Assembly: GCA_021107855.1 (NCBI GenBank)
Contig: JAIORZ010000011.1
Coordinates: 7,686-71,685, forward strand
DNA from: an archaeon
GTDB taxonomy: Archaea > Nanobdellota > Nanobdellia > Pacearchaeales > GW2011-AR1
DNA length: 64,000 nucleotides
Direction of reading: 5' to 3'
How positions within the stretch are numbered: position 1 is the first letter of the stretch; the number at the start of each line of letters is the position of its first letter. A program made the position numbers and the translations under genes. Shown here in pieces: positions 25,789 to 35,022 of the stretch. A model generated the notes under the pieces. It was not told the DNA's origin and did no database searches. It was given only the letters and a program-made list of their open reading frames with translations.

Positions 25789-26172
25789 TTAAGATATAGG
25801 CTTTACGCTTTTTATTTCTTTGTTAATTAGTTCTTCGACGTCTTTTTTCCGCATAAATTCTAAGGGTTGGAAATCTTTTAACATTCTTTCGATCAGCCCG
25901 ATTTCTTCTCGTTTGACGAATTTGTTGAATTCGGTTAAGAGGGAATTTGAGACTTTTTTTATTTTTTCGACGTCTTGTTTGATTGTTTGATTCTCCCGTT
26001 TTATTTCCCTTAAGTTTTCTTCTATGTCTTGGCGCGAGGATATTAAATTTTTGCCTAAAAGTAAGACACGTTCCCTGATAAGCTTGTTCCGTTCATCTAG
26101 GTCTCGGAGTCTTGTGTTGAAATCGGATAAGAGGAACTTAATTTGGTTGTCTTGGGGTTGAGGGTCGACCAT
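25789..26172 (-). CDS. coiled-coil protein (hypothetical)
   Basis: 127 aa with a heptad-rich charged sequence. Transcribed divergently from the secretion ATPase gene. Confidence 0.5.
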   Translation of the reverse strand: MVDPQPQDNQIKFLLSDFNTRLRDLDERNKLIRERVLLLGKNLISSRQDIEENLREIKRENQTIKQDVEKIKKVSNSLLTEFNKFVKREEIGLIERMLKDFQPLEFMRKKDVEELINKEIKSVKPIS

Positions 26173-26295
26173 GTTGGTGATTAGTCGGAGAAGTTTATAA
26201 TTGTTTAGGAAGGTTGGCGCGAGGATGAGAATATAAGGCTTCGGGATACATATCTTTTAATATTCTTTTTTGTTTGAATTTTTAGGTGAAGAAAA

Positions 26296-28575
26296 ATGAT
26301 GTTTAAGGATGACGCGCCGCTTTATTCTTATGAGGTTGTGCGTGAGAGTGGGGAGAATGTGATGTATATTAATTATCTTGGTGCGGCTGAGGTGCCGTCG
26401 CTTGTTGATTCGGGCGAGGTAATGGCTCGGGTGATTGATAATTTGAGGGAGGAGGCAAATGTTTCTAGAATTGTTTTTGTGCAGCAGAGGAATTATTCTC
26501 ATGATTTTGTGCAGGTTCGGATGTTGGTTGAAATTGCGAATTTGATTGATTTTTTGGTGAAACAGGAGAGAGTTGTTTCACCTGATAAGTTGTCGCATTT
26601 AGACGGGTTGTATCAGGAGGCTTATGCTTTTTTGAATCATGTGATTAATGAGGTTTTGTCGTCGGACCCTGTGAAAGCTTATCGTGAGTTGCGGGGGGAG
26701 CTGTTTCGGCAGCGGGCCAAGGTGGATGGTAAGGAAAAGAGGACGGAAGGTAGTGAGTATATTGGTATTTTGGAGAGGGTGATTGGTTTTTTTGGTGATT
26801 TGGAATTAATTAAGATAGCTAAGGGCAAGTTTGATTCTTATGTCTCTGGAAATCGGGAGATTTATAATGAGTTTTTTCGGGCGGACATTATGCCGAATTT
26901 TACGTTTACTCGTATGGTTGCAAAATTGCCGGCGGACGCGGAGATTGTGAAGCAGTATCAGATTGCGGAGGGGAGCGATGGTAGTATGGTGACGATTTTT
27001 AGAAGGCCGAATAAGGCGAAGTTTGTTTATCACTTGTCGCCGCCGGAGTATATGCTTTCTGAGGACCATCATATGTTGTTGAATTTGGCGCGGAATGTTT
27101 TGATTGAACATAGCCCGACGGCTGAGGAATTTAACGATCCCGAGAGGACGCGGCAAGTTTTTTTTAATGTAGCGAAGGATTTGCTTAGTGATTTGGCTGA
27201 GAGTAAGAATATCGCTTTGAGTTATGGGGATTTGAAGAAGTTGTCGAATATTTTGGTTAGGCATACGATTGGGTTTGGTGTTTTGGAGGTTTTGTTGAAG
27301 GACGAGGATTTGCAGGATATTATGGTTAATGCGCCTGTGAGTTTGTCGAATATTTTTGTTAGGCATAATGAGTTTGGCGAGTGTGTTTCGAATTTGGTGC
27401 CGTCGATGGAGGATGCGGATTCTTGGGCTGCGAAATTTAGGATGACCTCGGGTCGGGCGCTTGATGAGGCGAATCCTATTTTGGATACTAATTTGGAGCT
27501 TGAGGATGTTAGTGCGAGGGTTGCGATTATTCAGCAGCCGCTTTCTGCTGGTGGGCTTGCGTATACTTTGAGGAGGCATAGAAGTAAACCTTGGACTTTG
27601 CCGTTGTTTGTTAAGAATGGGATGATTGATTCTTTGGGCGCGGGGTTGCTTAGTTTTATGATTGATGGGGCTCGTACGATGTTGGTTGCGGGGACTCGGT
27701 CTAGTGGGAAGACGAGTTTGCTTGGGAGTTTGTTGTTGGAGATTATGCCGGATAAGAGGATTATTACGATTGAGGATACGTTGGAGTTGCCCGTCGCTGC
27801 GATGAGAAGGTTGGATTATGATATTTTGTCTATGAAGGTTCGGAGTGCTTTGGGTGGCGAGTCTGCGGAGGTTAGTGCGGAGGAGGGGATTCGGGCTTCT
27901 CTTCGTTTGGGTGATTCAAGTTTGATTGTTGGGGAAATTCGGTCGGGTGAGGCGAAGGCTTTGTATGAGGCGATGAGAGTTGGGGCTTTGGCGAATGTTG
28001 TTGCCGGGACGATTCATGGTGCGAGTCCTTATGGTGTTTTTGATAGAGTTGTTAATGATTTGGGGGTTCCGACTACGAGTTTTAAGGCTACGGATTTGAT
28101 TGTTGTTGCGAATCCGATTAAGTCGGCTGATGGACTGCATTCATGGAGACGGGTTTTGTCTATTAGTGAGATTAGGAAGCATTGGGAGAAAGACCCGTTG
28201 AGGGAGGGAGGTTTTGTTGATTTGATGAAATATGATGTGAAGGCGGATAAGGTTTTGCCGACGGATGACTTGATTAATGGGGATAGTGAGATTATGAAGG
28301 ATATTGCTTCTAATGTTAAGGGTTGGGTTGGGGATTGGGACGCTGTTTGGGATAATGTTGTTTTGAGGTCTAATATTAAAAAGGAGACTGTGAAAGTTGC
28401 AACTAAGGCGAATATGCCGGACCTTTTGGAGGGCGAGTTTACGGTGAAGTCGAATAATGCGTTTCATCAGATTTCGAATGAGGTTGTTAAGGATGTTGGA
28501 GTACCGGTTGGGGATGAGGTTTTTCCTAAGTGGAAGCGGTGGCTTGAGAAGGAAGTGAAGAAATTTGATTTGTAG
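26296..28575 (+). CDS. type II/IV secretion-system family ATPase (archaeal pilus/archaellum assembly ATPase-like) with a long N-terminal extension
   Basis: Walker A GTRSSGKTSLLGS, Walker B-like RIITIEDTLEL, and GEIRSGEAKALYEAMRVG (His/Asp-box region). Confidence 0.8.
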   Translation: MMFKDDAPLYSYEVVRESGENVMYINYLGAAEVPSLVDSGEVMARVIDNLREEANVSRIVFVQQRNYSHDFVQVRMLVEIANLIDFLVKQERVVSPDKLSHLDGLYQEAYAFLNHVINEVLSSDPVKAYRELRGELFRQRAKVDGKEKRTEGSEYIGILERVIGFFGDLELIKIAKGKFDSYVSGNREIYNEFFRADIMPNFTFTRMVAKLPADAEIVKQYQIAEGSDGSMVTIFRRPNKAKFVYHLSPPEYMLSEDHHMLLNLARNVLIEHSPTAEEFNDPERTRQVFFNVAKDLLSDLAESKNIALSYGDLKKLSNILVRHTIGFGVLEVLLKDEDLQDIMVNAPVSLSNIFVRHNEFGECVSNLVPSMEDADSWAAKFRMTSGRALDEANPILDTNLELEDVSARVAIIQQPLSAGGLAYTLRRHRSKPWTLPLFVKNGMIDSLGAGLLSFMIDGARTMLVAGTRSSGKTSLLGSLLLEIMPDKRIITIEDTLELPVAAMRRLDYDILSMKVRSALGGESAEVSAEEGIRASLRLGDSSLIVGEIRSGEAKALYEAMRVGALANVVAGTIHGASPYGVFDRVVNDLGVPTTSFKATDLIVVANPIKSADGLHSWRRVLSISEIRKHWEKDPLREGGFVDLMKYDVKADKVLPTDDLINGDSEIMKDIASNVKGWVGDWDAVWDNVVLRSNIKKETVKVATKANMPDLLEGEFTVKSNNAFHQISNEVVKDVGVPVGDEVFPKWKRWLEKEVKKFDL

Positions 28576-29568
28576 TTAGATATCTATGTCACGTAGTCCG
28601 TTGGTTTCAATCATGAATACTGTTTCGTTGTCTGGTAAATCTGGACTGTCAATTAGTTTGCAAACTCGGGAGTCTTTTTTCCCTCTTCTTAGATACATTC
28701 TGTAGGTGCAGGCGTGTCCGACGATGTTTCCTCCGATTGCTTTCGTTGGGTCTCCGAACATTTGTGCTGGGTCGCTCATGACTTGGTTAGTGACGTAAAC
28801 TGCTAGATTGTTTTGTTCGGCGACTTTCATTAGGTTGTGTAAATATCTGTTCAGCCTTTGTTGTCTATCGGCTAATTGGCCTCGCCCACTATATTCAGCT
28901 CTAAAATGTGCGGTCAAAGAATCGATAATCATTAGTCTAATGGGCTCGCCTTCTTTGATTAAATCTGCAATCCTATCAAGTAGCAGCATCTGGTGGTCTG
29001 AATTGAAAGCTCGTGCTACTAAAATATTTTTTAAAACTTTGTCTGGATTTGCATCAATTCCTTCTGCGAATTGCCTGATTCTCTCTGGTCTAAATGTTCC
29101 TTCTGTGTCGATGTAAACTGCTTTCCCGTTTGCGCCGCCTTGTTCAATTGGTAGTTGGACGCCGACAGCTAAAGACAAAGCCAACTGAGTCTTGCCGGAG
29201 CCGAAAGCCCCAAAAGCCTCAGTAATAGCCTTAGTCTGAATTCCTTTTCCTCCCAGAAGGTTATCTAAATTTTTTGAACCAGTAGTAATATGAAATAATT
29301 CTTTTCTTTTTTCCTCATGTTCTAGCCCGTCGACAAAGCCCATATCCATCATTTTACGCGATGCCTGAATAGCTTTCCTTGCGACCGACTCGCTCATGCC
29401 AGCCATTTCGCTTAGTTGAGCGGGCGTTAAAACAGCGAGTCCCATTAGTTCGTAAATTCCGGCGGCTTCTAATTTGGCAACGGCTCCGGGTCCGACACCA
29501 GGAAGGTCGATTAATTTTGGCTCTTTTTCTTCTTTCTCTTTAGGGGTTTTTTTATCCTTGTCAGCCAT
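28576..29568 (-). CDS. radA: DNA repair and recombination protein RadA
   Basis: N-terminal HhH LPGVGPGAVAKLEAAG, Walker A GAFGSGKTQ, Walker B LMIIDS. Start reset to ATG 29568 (MADKDKK); the track extension overlaps the next gene. Confidence 0.9.
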   Translation of the reverse strand: MADKDKKTPKEKEEKEPKLIDLPGVGPGAVAKLEAAGIYELMGLAVLTPAQLSEMAGMSESVARKAIQASRKMMDMGFVDGLEHEEKRKELFHITTGSKNLDNLLGGKGIQTKAITEAFGAFGSGKTQLALSLAVGVQLPIEQGGANGKAVYIDTEGTFRPERIRQFAEGIDANPDKVLKNILVARAFNSDHQMLLLDRIADLIKEGEPIRLMIIDSLTAHFRAEYSGRGQLADRQQRLNRYLHNLMKVAEQNNLAVYVTNQVMSDPAQMFGDPTKAIGGNIVGHACTYRMYLRRGKKDSRVCKLIDSPDLPDNETVFMIETNGLRDIDI

Positions 29569-29609
29569 ATTGTGAAATATCTCTCTTCCTTTATAAGAAT
29601 TTATATCAT

Positions 29610-30053
29610 CTAAAACAATTTTTGGAAAACCATCACAATAATTAGAAGGAGGAAGCCAACGAAAATAATATCTTCGGTCCATGACCCGCTCTTGACGAAG
29701 CCACGAATTCGAAAACCGAGTGGCCAGAATAATTTTACGCCAGCGCGGGTGAAGCAATCTAAAATTAAATGTGATAGGTATCCGATGAAGAAACCGAATC
29801 CTGCCCAGAGGTTTAGTAGTCCGAGGAGTAAGCTTAGAAGGACGCAGAATGTTAGACTGTGTAGACATCCGCGATGTTTTAAAATCCATGATAGTGGCCA
29901 GAATATTCTGCTGATTTTGCTATTTAGAGAATCAATGTCGACGAAGATTGCTCCTAATAAGATGAATCCTGGAATCCAAAATGGCATTTTAATGAAGAAA
30001 TCTAATGTGAGATAACTGACTAGGGCGAATGCGATATGAGAGCGAAATAACAT
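29610..30053 (-). CDS. YdjM/DUF457 family membrane-bound metal-dependent hydrolase
   Basis: MLFRSHIAFAL..., HRGCLHS and SHLILDCFT motifs. The track start at 30068 is TTG, so ATG 30053 is used. Confidence 0.6.
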   Translation of the reverse strand: MLFRSHIAFALVSYLTLDFFIKMPFWIPGFILLGAIFVDIDSLNSKISRIFWPLSWILKHRGCLHSLTFCVLLSLLLGLLNLWAGFGFFIGYLSHLILDCFTRAGVKLFWPLGFRIRGFVKSGSWTEDIIFVGFLLLIIVMVFQKLF

Positions 30054-30077
30054 GGATAGAAAAATCAAAACGAACTT

Positions 30078-31025
30078 TTAATCTTTCTTATCCAGTTTCT
30101 CAATCAACTTTTCAACATCTACCCTCTCAATCCCAGAAGCGACAATCTCTAAATTATTAAATAACTGATTGCGATTAACTCTTCCATTCAAATAAATCTC
30201 TGTTCCTAAAAAATCGTCTCTGAATGCCGTTGCTTTTGCTTCATCCTTTAAATCTTCTTCTGGCACAACCTGTCCAATTTGGTCGGAGAACATTACAACT
30301 CTCATAGTTTCTATTCCATCATCCAGAACAAAATTCAAAATTGCTCTGTCTTTTTTCTCGACAACTCCGTGTTCTGCGCACTTATATTTCTCATCTTCTC
30401 CGGCAACGACTTTTTTGTTGCAGGTTGGGCAGACGTGGTAAAATCTGGGTTGGAAAACTTGCACTACGGTGCCTCTAACTTTTATATTTTGTCCTTGCCT
30501 GACTTCATCTAGGTTAACTTCGCTGGCAACTGGTGCCTCTTTGACGTTATCCATCTTAACTGAACTTTTTTTAATTTCGCTAAATCCACTCAGGTGAATT
30601 TCACTGTCTCGCGTAGAGCCGTTCTTGATTTCAATCGTGTCACCGACTTTGATGGTTTCATCTTCGATTAGGGCAATATGATTGATGTCCCATAAAACGA
30701 CTCGCGTGGACCCGGTCTCGTCTGCCAAAATAAAATTAGCGACTTTCCCTTTTCTGTCGTTTTTTTCAAATTCTCTTACTGGAAAAATATTAACAACTTT
30801 GCCGACGATGTTTACTTTTCGCATTCCTGCCATTAATTCACTAACCTTTAATTCTTGGTCTTCAAAATTAATTCCTAATTCGGCTGCAATGATTTGTGCT
30901 GCACCTTCTTTTGAGATTAATCCTGATAGTTTCGCTTTTTTTGCTTCGACTTTTCGTTCGACTTCGACTTTCTCTAGTTTTGCTGATTTTGCGATTCTTT
31001 CGATTAAGAGTTCATAGTTGTTCAT
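30078..31025 (-). CDS. replication protein A (RPA; OB folds plus zinc ribbon)
   Basis: OB-fold blocks (VNIVGKVVNIFPVREF...ILADETGSTRVVLWD) and Zn ribbon CPTCNKKV...YKCAEHG. ATG 31025 is preferred over GTG 31046. Confidence 0.75.
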   Translation of the reverse strand: MNNYELLIERIAKSAKLEKVEVERKVEAKKAKLSGLISKEGAAQIIAAELGINFEDQELKVSELMAGMRKVNIVGKVVNIFPVREFEKNDRKGKVANFILADETGSTRVVLWDINHIALIEDETIKVGDTIEIKNGSTRDSEIHLSGFSEIKKSSVKMDNVKEAPVASEVNLDEVRQGQNIKVRGTVVQVFQPRFYHVCPTCNKKVVAGEDEKYKCAEHGVVEKKDRAILNFVLDDGIETMRVVMFSDQIGQVVPEEDLKDEAKATAFRDDFLGTEIYLNGRVNRNQLFNNLEIVASGIERVDVEKLIEKLDKKD

Positions 31026-31139
31026 ATCTGGGAAACTCACATTCACTATTTAAGTATTATTGAGATGGACTACATTGGTGATTGTAAATTGGTGGAATTA
31101 GGTAGGAATATTTATAAACCAAATTCGGGACAAGTAAAT

Positions 31140-31286
31140 ATGAAATGTATAAGTTGTAGCAAGGAGACGTCGAAGATTGTGAGGTTTCCGTGTCCGGGAT
31201 GTGGCGAGGAGATTTTGCGATGTGATAAGTGTAGGGGTCTTTCGATTGAATATAAATGTCCGAAATGTGGGTATAAAGGACCTTAG
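31140..31286 (+). CDS. small zinc-ribbon protein (the type usually encoded upstream of aEF-1beta)
   Basis: MKCISCSK...FPCPGCGEEILRCDKCRGLSIEYKCPKCGYKGP has four CxxC pairs. It sits directly upstream of aEF-1beta, a conserved archaeal gene pair. Confidence 0.65.
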   Translation: MKCISCSKETSKIVRFPCPGCGEEILRCDKCRGLSIEYKCPKCGYKGP

Positions 31287-31562
31287 ATGGGAACGGCGGG
31301 AATACAATTTAAGATAATGCCTGAGGGTGTGGATACGGATTTTGAGGAGCTTAAGGTGAAGGCGAAGGAAGCGGTTGAGTCTTTTGAGTCTGGGGTTTTT
31401 AATGGCGCGAAGGAAGAACCGATTGCGTTTGGGTTGAAGGCATTGATTATAACAATTGCACTTTCTGAGGATGAGGAATCTGATGCTGTTGAGTCTGCTT
31501 TGTCTAAGATTGCGGGAATTTCTTCTGTTGAGCTTATCGATTATAGAAGAGTTGTTGGATAA
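31287..31562 (+). CDS. translation elongation factor aEF-1 beta
   Basis: 91 aa; FKIMPEGVDTDFEELK...EPIAFGLKALIITI...VELIDYRR is typical of aEF-1beta. Confidence 0.8.
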   Translation: MGTAGIQFKIMPEGVDTDFEELKVKAKEAVESFESGVFNGAKEEPIAFGLKALIITIALSEDEESDAVESALSKIAGISSVELIDYRRVVG

Positions 31563-31600
31563 CTCGCTAAGTTTATAATATCTGTTTTCTTAAATTCTAA

Positions 31601-32194
31601 ATGTCAATAACAAGTGAAGAGGCTTCTAAAATAAAGGAACATCTTCTTGGGCAGCTTGAGAATTTCCCAGAAGATAAGCGTTCTCAGATAACTGAGCAGA
31701 TTAATTCTATGACGGATGAGCAGATTGAGGCTTTTATTGAACAGAATAAGTTGGGTCATTTGGGAGGAGGTTGTGTGTTTTGTTCGATAGTTAAGGAGGA
31801 AATTCCTTCATATAAAATTGCTGAGGATTCTTCGGGTATTGCGGTTCTTGAACTTAATCCGTTGAGTAAGGGTCATGCTTTGATTATTCCGAAAGAGCAT
31901 TTGGAGGAGGTTCCTGTGTCTTTGAAGTCTTTGACCCAGGAGGTTGCGAAAAAATTGGAGAGGAGGTTTTTGCCGGAGAAAGTGGAAATTAATGAGATAA
32001 AAATTATGAATCATGCTCTTGTGGAGGTTGTCCCGATTTATGGAGATGAAACCGAAAGGTCTAAGGCGTCGGAAAAAGAGTTGAAAAGTCTTCAAGAGGA
32101 AATTCTAAAGCCGGTAAAAATAAAAATCGAAGAGCCGCAAAGTCATGTTGATATGAAAGAAGAGATTCCGATACTTCCGCCGAGGATACCGTAG
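31601..32194 (+). CDS. HIT-like protein with a degenerate histidine triad and an N-terminal extension
   Basis: CVFCSIV...PLSKGHALIIPKEH matches the HIT fold, but the triad position reads NHALVEVVP instead of HxHxHxx. Confidence 0.55.
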   Translation: MSITSEEASKIKEHLLGQLENFPEDKRSQITEQINSMTDEQIEAFIEQNKLGHLGGGCVFCSIVKEEIPSYKIAEDSSGIAVLELNPLSKGHALIIPKEHLEEVPVSLKSLTQEVAKKLERRFLPEKVEINEIKIMNHALVEVVPIYGDETERSKASEKELKSLQEEILKPVKIKIEEPQSHVDMKEEIPILPPRIP

Positions 32195-32195
32195 T

Positions 32196-33014
32196 TTATC
32201 CTAATAAGATTCCGATGAACCAGTCTTTTAAAAATATATAACCTAAAAAAGCAATTAAAAATGCTGGCACGAAGGCTATCCCTTCTTTGATTAGGATGAT
32301 CTTTTTCTTTTTTAATAGTTTGATGTCATTTAGACTTAGTCCATCCCAGTTTGCTTTGATAATTTTTTTGCCTATTTTGATGTCTTTGACTAGCCAGTCT
32401 CCTTCTCGAAGATTTTCTCCTGAGATTTTTCGAATCATTGATACGTTTTCTAGTCCCTTGGCAAAAATGTAGAGTCCCATAAATATGATAGAGAAAATTC
32501 CGGCTAAGAGGAATAGGAAATTAACAAAACCTAATAAAATCAATCCTAAGCTGAGTGATAGATGCCAGATGGTGAATTTTTTTGCGACGCGACCCATTTC
32601 TTTGTTTACAGTTTTTCTGTTTTTAGAATATAAAAATCCGGAATAGAGTAAGCCATAAATGGAGCCGCTTAGCATTAAAAAGAATAAGAAGACTCCGATG
32701 TTGGTTGTTGATTCGTAAAAAGAAGCTCCGATGAAAAGGGCTGTCATCGCGATTAATAATTTTGCATCTCCTCCTGCGAAGACTCGTCCGTAGTAGAATA
32801 GGTTCATGATTCCGAACATTATGATTAAGATGAATCCAAGATGGAAAATGGTGTTGTAACTTTTATCTAGAATTGCTCCGTAGGAAATGAAGACGATTCC
32901 CCCTATCATCAAAAATAAATTCAGCCAGTTGTCAACTTCTCGTCTTTTTAAATCTTGTAAGGTTGCAATAATAATACCAATCAAAAAAAACCAAATTAAA
33001 AATTCAAAACTCAT
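32196..33014 (-). CDS. A24-family prepilin/preflagellin peptidase
   Basis: First catalytic Asp block ATLQDLKRREVDNWLN, second block FAGGDAKLLIAMTALF, multiple TM helices, and an extra C-terminal soluble segment. Confidence 0.8.
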   Translation of the reverse strand: MSFEFLIWFFLIGIIIATLQDLKRREVDNWLNLFLMIGGIVFISYGAILDKSYNTIFHLGFILIIMFGIMNLFYYGRVFAGGDAKLLIAMTALFIGASFYESTTNIGVFLFFLMLSGSIYGLLYSGFLYSKNRKTVNKEMGRVAKKFTIWHLSLSLGLILLGFVNFLFLLAGIFSIIFMGLYIFAKGLENVSMIRKISGENLREGDWLVKDIKIGKKIIKANWDGLSLNDIKLLKKKKIILIKEGIAFVPAFLIAFLGYIFLKDWFIGILLG

Positions 33015-33068
33015 CTCAAATTTTCCTTATAATAATTAGTCATATTATTCAACTAATCTAAAATTTAT

Positions 33069-33242
33069 TTAAACCTTCCTTTTTTTGTTCTTAACCAACT
33101 TCCCCATTTTGTCTTTCATCTCGCTACTTTCTTCGGTTACGTTATTAGACCTGAATTTTCCACCTCTTTTGTATCCTCGCGCCAGTCGTTTTCTTTTTAA
33201 GTCTTTTTTTGTTCTACGCCTTTCGCATCCTCCAAAATCCAT
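33069..33242 (-). CDS. small highly basic protein (hypothetical; below ORF-track cutoff)
   Basis: Manual translation gives MDFGGCERRRTKKDLKRKRLARGYKRGGKFRSNNVTEESSEMKDKMGKLVKNKKRKV. Confidence 0.3.
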   Translation of the reverse strand: MDFGGCERRRTKKDLKRKRLARGYKRGGKFRSNNVTEESSEMKDKMGKLVKNKKRKV

Positions 33243-33287
33243 GTAAGATTAAAGTTAAACAACTTAATAAATCTTTTTTATGTTCGA

Positions 33288-33848
33288 TTATTCATCATTT
33301 ACCAAGAAGGTTCCACTTTTTTTGGTTATTGAATATTCTTTGTCAAACTCGAAATAAAAGTCAACAGGGAAATTAACTTTCTCAATTTTTAGTGCTTTTA
33401 ATTCGAAAGTTTTTCCAATTTTTCCACGTCTGAATTTCATTTCGTTAGAACTGATTTCGCTTAGGCTTTCTTTATAGGCGATGTTTTCTAGAAAAGTATC
33501 TTCGTTGAAAGTTCCTTCTTCTAAGGCTTTTCCTTCCCAAAATAAATTTGAAAAAATGAAGTTTTTCATTTCATCGTTGATTCCGGAAATAAATTTGGTT
33601 CTAAATTCTTTCATGAATTCGGCAGTTCCAAAATTTGCTTCGACTTCGTCTAAGGTTTTTTTGATTAATTCTGTTTCCCTCATTTCGAAGATGGTTTTAT
33701 TGTCGCGGATTTCTAGGACGGTTAGTGGTGAGACCAAAGAACTTTGCACGTTCCCTTGTTGTTTTAGGTAAATTGTGATGGAAAGGCTGCACATCATTAT
33801 GGTTATGAGAAGTAAAATAAATGAAAAGAGTTGTGCTTTTTTATTCAT
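33288..33848 (-). CDS. pilin-like protein (class III signal peptide)
   Basis: N-terminus MNKKAQLFSFILLLITIMM. An alternative upstream ATG exists at 33866. Confidence 0.6.
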   Translation of the reverse strand: MNKKAQLFSFILLLITIMMCSLSITIYLKQQGNVQSSLVSPLTVLEIRDNKTIFEMRETELIKKTLDEVEANFGTAEFMKEFRTKFISGINDEMKNFIFSNLFWEGKALEEGTFNEDTFLENIAYKESLSEISSNEMKFRRGKIGKTFELKALKIEKVNFPVDFYFEFDKEYSITKKSGTFLVNDE

Positions 33849-34152
33849 CTTTTTGTTTCTCGGCATTTAATATTTCTTCCATTCTTTGTAGCGCTTCTTC
33901 TACGCTTTCTCCTTCTGCGACTAAAAATTTGGCATCATTTAGTAAGATGAATCTATCTGAGTAGTCAAAAATGTTATCTAGCTCGACTTTTTCTTCATCG
34001 TAAATTCCGACTTCTGCAGCGTGGTTTTTGTTGTCTAGTTTTTTGATGATTCCGCCGGCTACGATGTAGACGATTAAAATTAGAACGATTAAAATTGTCG
34101 CTCCGAAAAATATGATGAAGTTAGATAGAAGTCCTCGTTTATTCGTCTCCAT
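33841..34152 (-). CDS. pilin-like protein (class III signal peptide)
   Basis: N-terminus METNKRGLLSNFIIFFGATILIVLILIV. Overlaps both neighbouring genes. Confidence 0.6.
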   Translation of the reverse strand: METNKRGLLSNFIIFFGATILIVLILIVYIVAGGIIKKLDNKNHAAEVGIYDEEKVELDNIFDYSDRFILLNDAKFLVAEGESVEEALQRMEEILNAEKQKDE

Positions 34153-34672
34153 AGTTGACTAGAACCTCCATTTCCATTCTTCCGGCGTATTTTTTTCGGT
34201 CTTCTAATATTAGAACGGAATAATTTGCGATGTAATATCCTGGGTCGTATTTAACGAGATCGTTGGTGTTTTTTCCTAGTAGATTGTTTCCGACTGTGGT
34301 GGTTTTACCGAATAGGTCTTTAATCCAGAGTGCTCCCGAATCTCCTATGTTTCCTTTGGTGACTTTTTCGCCATCTTCATCGAAGACATTTACTTCGACA
34401 TAAAATCTTTCGCTGTCTGCGATTTTGCAATCTTTTAGTGTGTCGCTGATTTTTTCTTCTAGGTTTAAAATGCCTTTCGGTGCTAAACATTCGACGGTTT
34501 CTCGTGCCAAAATTCTGGCTTCTACATCTCGGACGTCAATATAATAAGCGTAGACAAACGAGCCGGCTCCGAATACTACGAATGCAACCAGCGTGACCAT
34601 GAATAACCGATACATCATATGAATTCCTTCTGCCATCTGTCCTCTTTTATTTACGCTTTTGGAAATTTTCAT
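34139..34672 (-). CDS. pilin-like protein (class III signal peptide)
   Basis: N-terminus ...VNKRGQMAEGIHMMYRLFMVTLVAFVVFG. TAATG overlap with the upstream gene. Confidence 0.55.
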   Translation of the reverse strand: MKISKSVNKRGQMAEGIHMMYRLFMVTLVAFVVFGAGSFVYAYYIDVRDVEARILARETVECLAPKGILNLEEKISDTLKDCKIADSERFYVEVNVFDEDGEKVTKGNIGDSGALWIKDLFGKTTTVGNNLLGKNTNDLVKYDPGYYIANYSVLILEDRKKYAGRMEMEVLVNYGDE

Positions 34673-35022
34673 TATTTGACTTTTACAATAAATTTACTTT
34701 CATTCTCATCGACTTCCACGGAATATCTGGAGAAGTAGGGATAGCCTTTGGTTGACCCGAATCCTTCTACTCCGACGAAAACTTTTCCGTCTCGGACTTC
34801 TACTTTATCGACTAGTCCGTTCATGTTTATTTTATTGATTTCAAAGCTCATGCCTGCTTCTGCGGAATCTATGAGTAGCGCGATTTGTTTTTCTATGACT
34901 TGTTGTTTAACGTCTCGTCCTCCGACTCGTCCTGCTGTGGCGAATAGGAAAACGGCGAGGACTAGAGCGATTAGGATTATGTGGATTATGACTTCGTTTA
35001 GGAGTGAGGCTTTTTTGTTCAT
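34672..35022 (-). CDS. pilin-like protein (class III signal peptide)
   Basis: N-terminus MNKKASLLNEVIIHIILIALVLAVFLF, with an ATGA overlap to the upstream gene at 35019-35022. Confidence 0.6.
   Translation of the reverse strand: MNKKASLLNEVIIHIILIALVLAVFLFATAGRVGGRDVKQQVIEKQIALLIDSAEAGMSFEINKINMNGLVDKVEVRDGKVFVGVEGFGSTKGYPYFSRYSVEVDENESKFIVKVK

Noticed and set aside
29569-29889. N-terminal 107-aa extension of the RadA ORF. Similar extensions occur on the patatin ORF (22293-22526), the M16 peptidase ORF (15554-15709), the PQ-rich protein ORF (25676-25741) and ORF 58835-59038.
   Set aside because: The extensions overlap neighbouring genes or repeat elements, have aberrant composition, and are followed by internal ATGs that give canonical N-termini.
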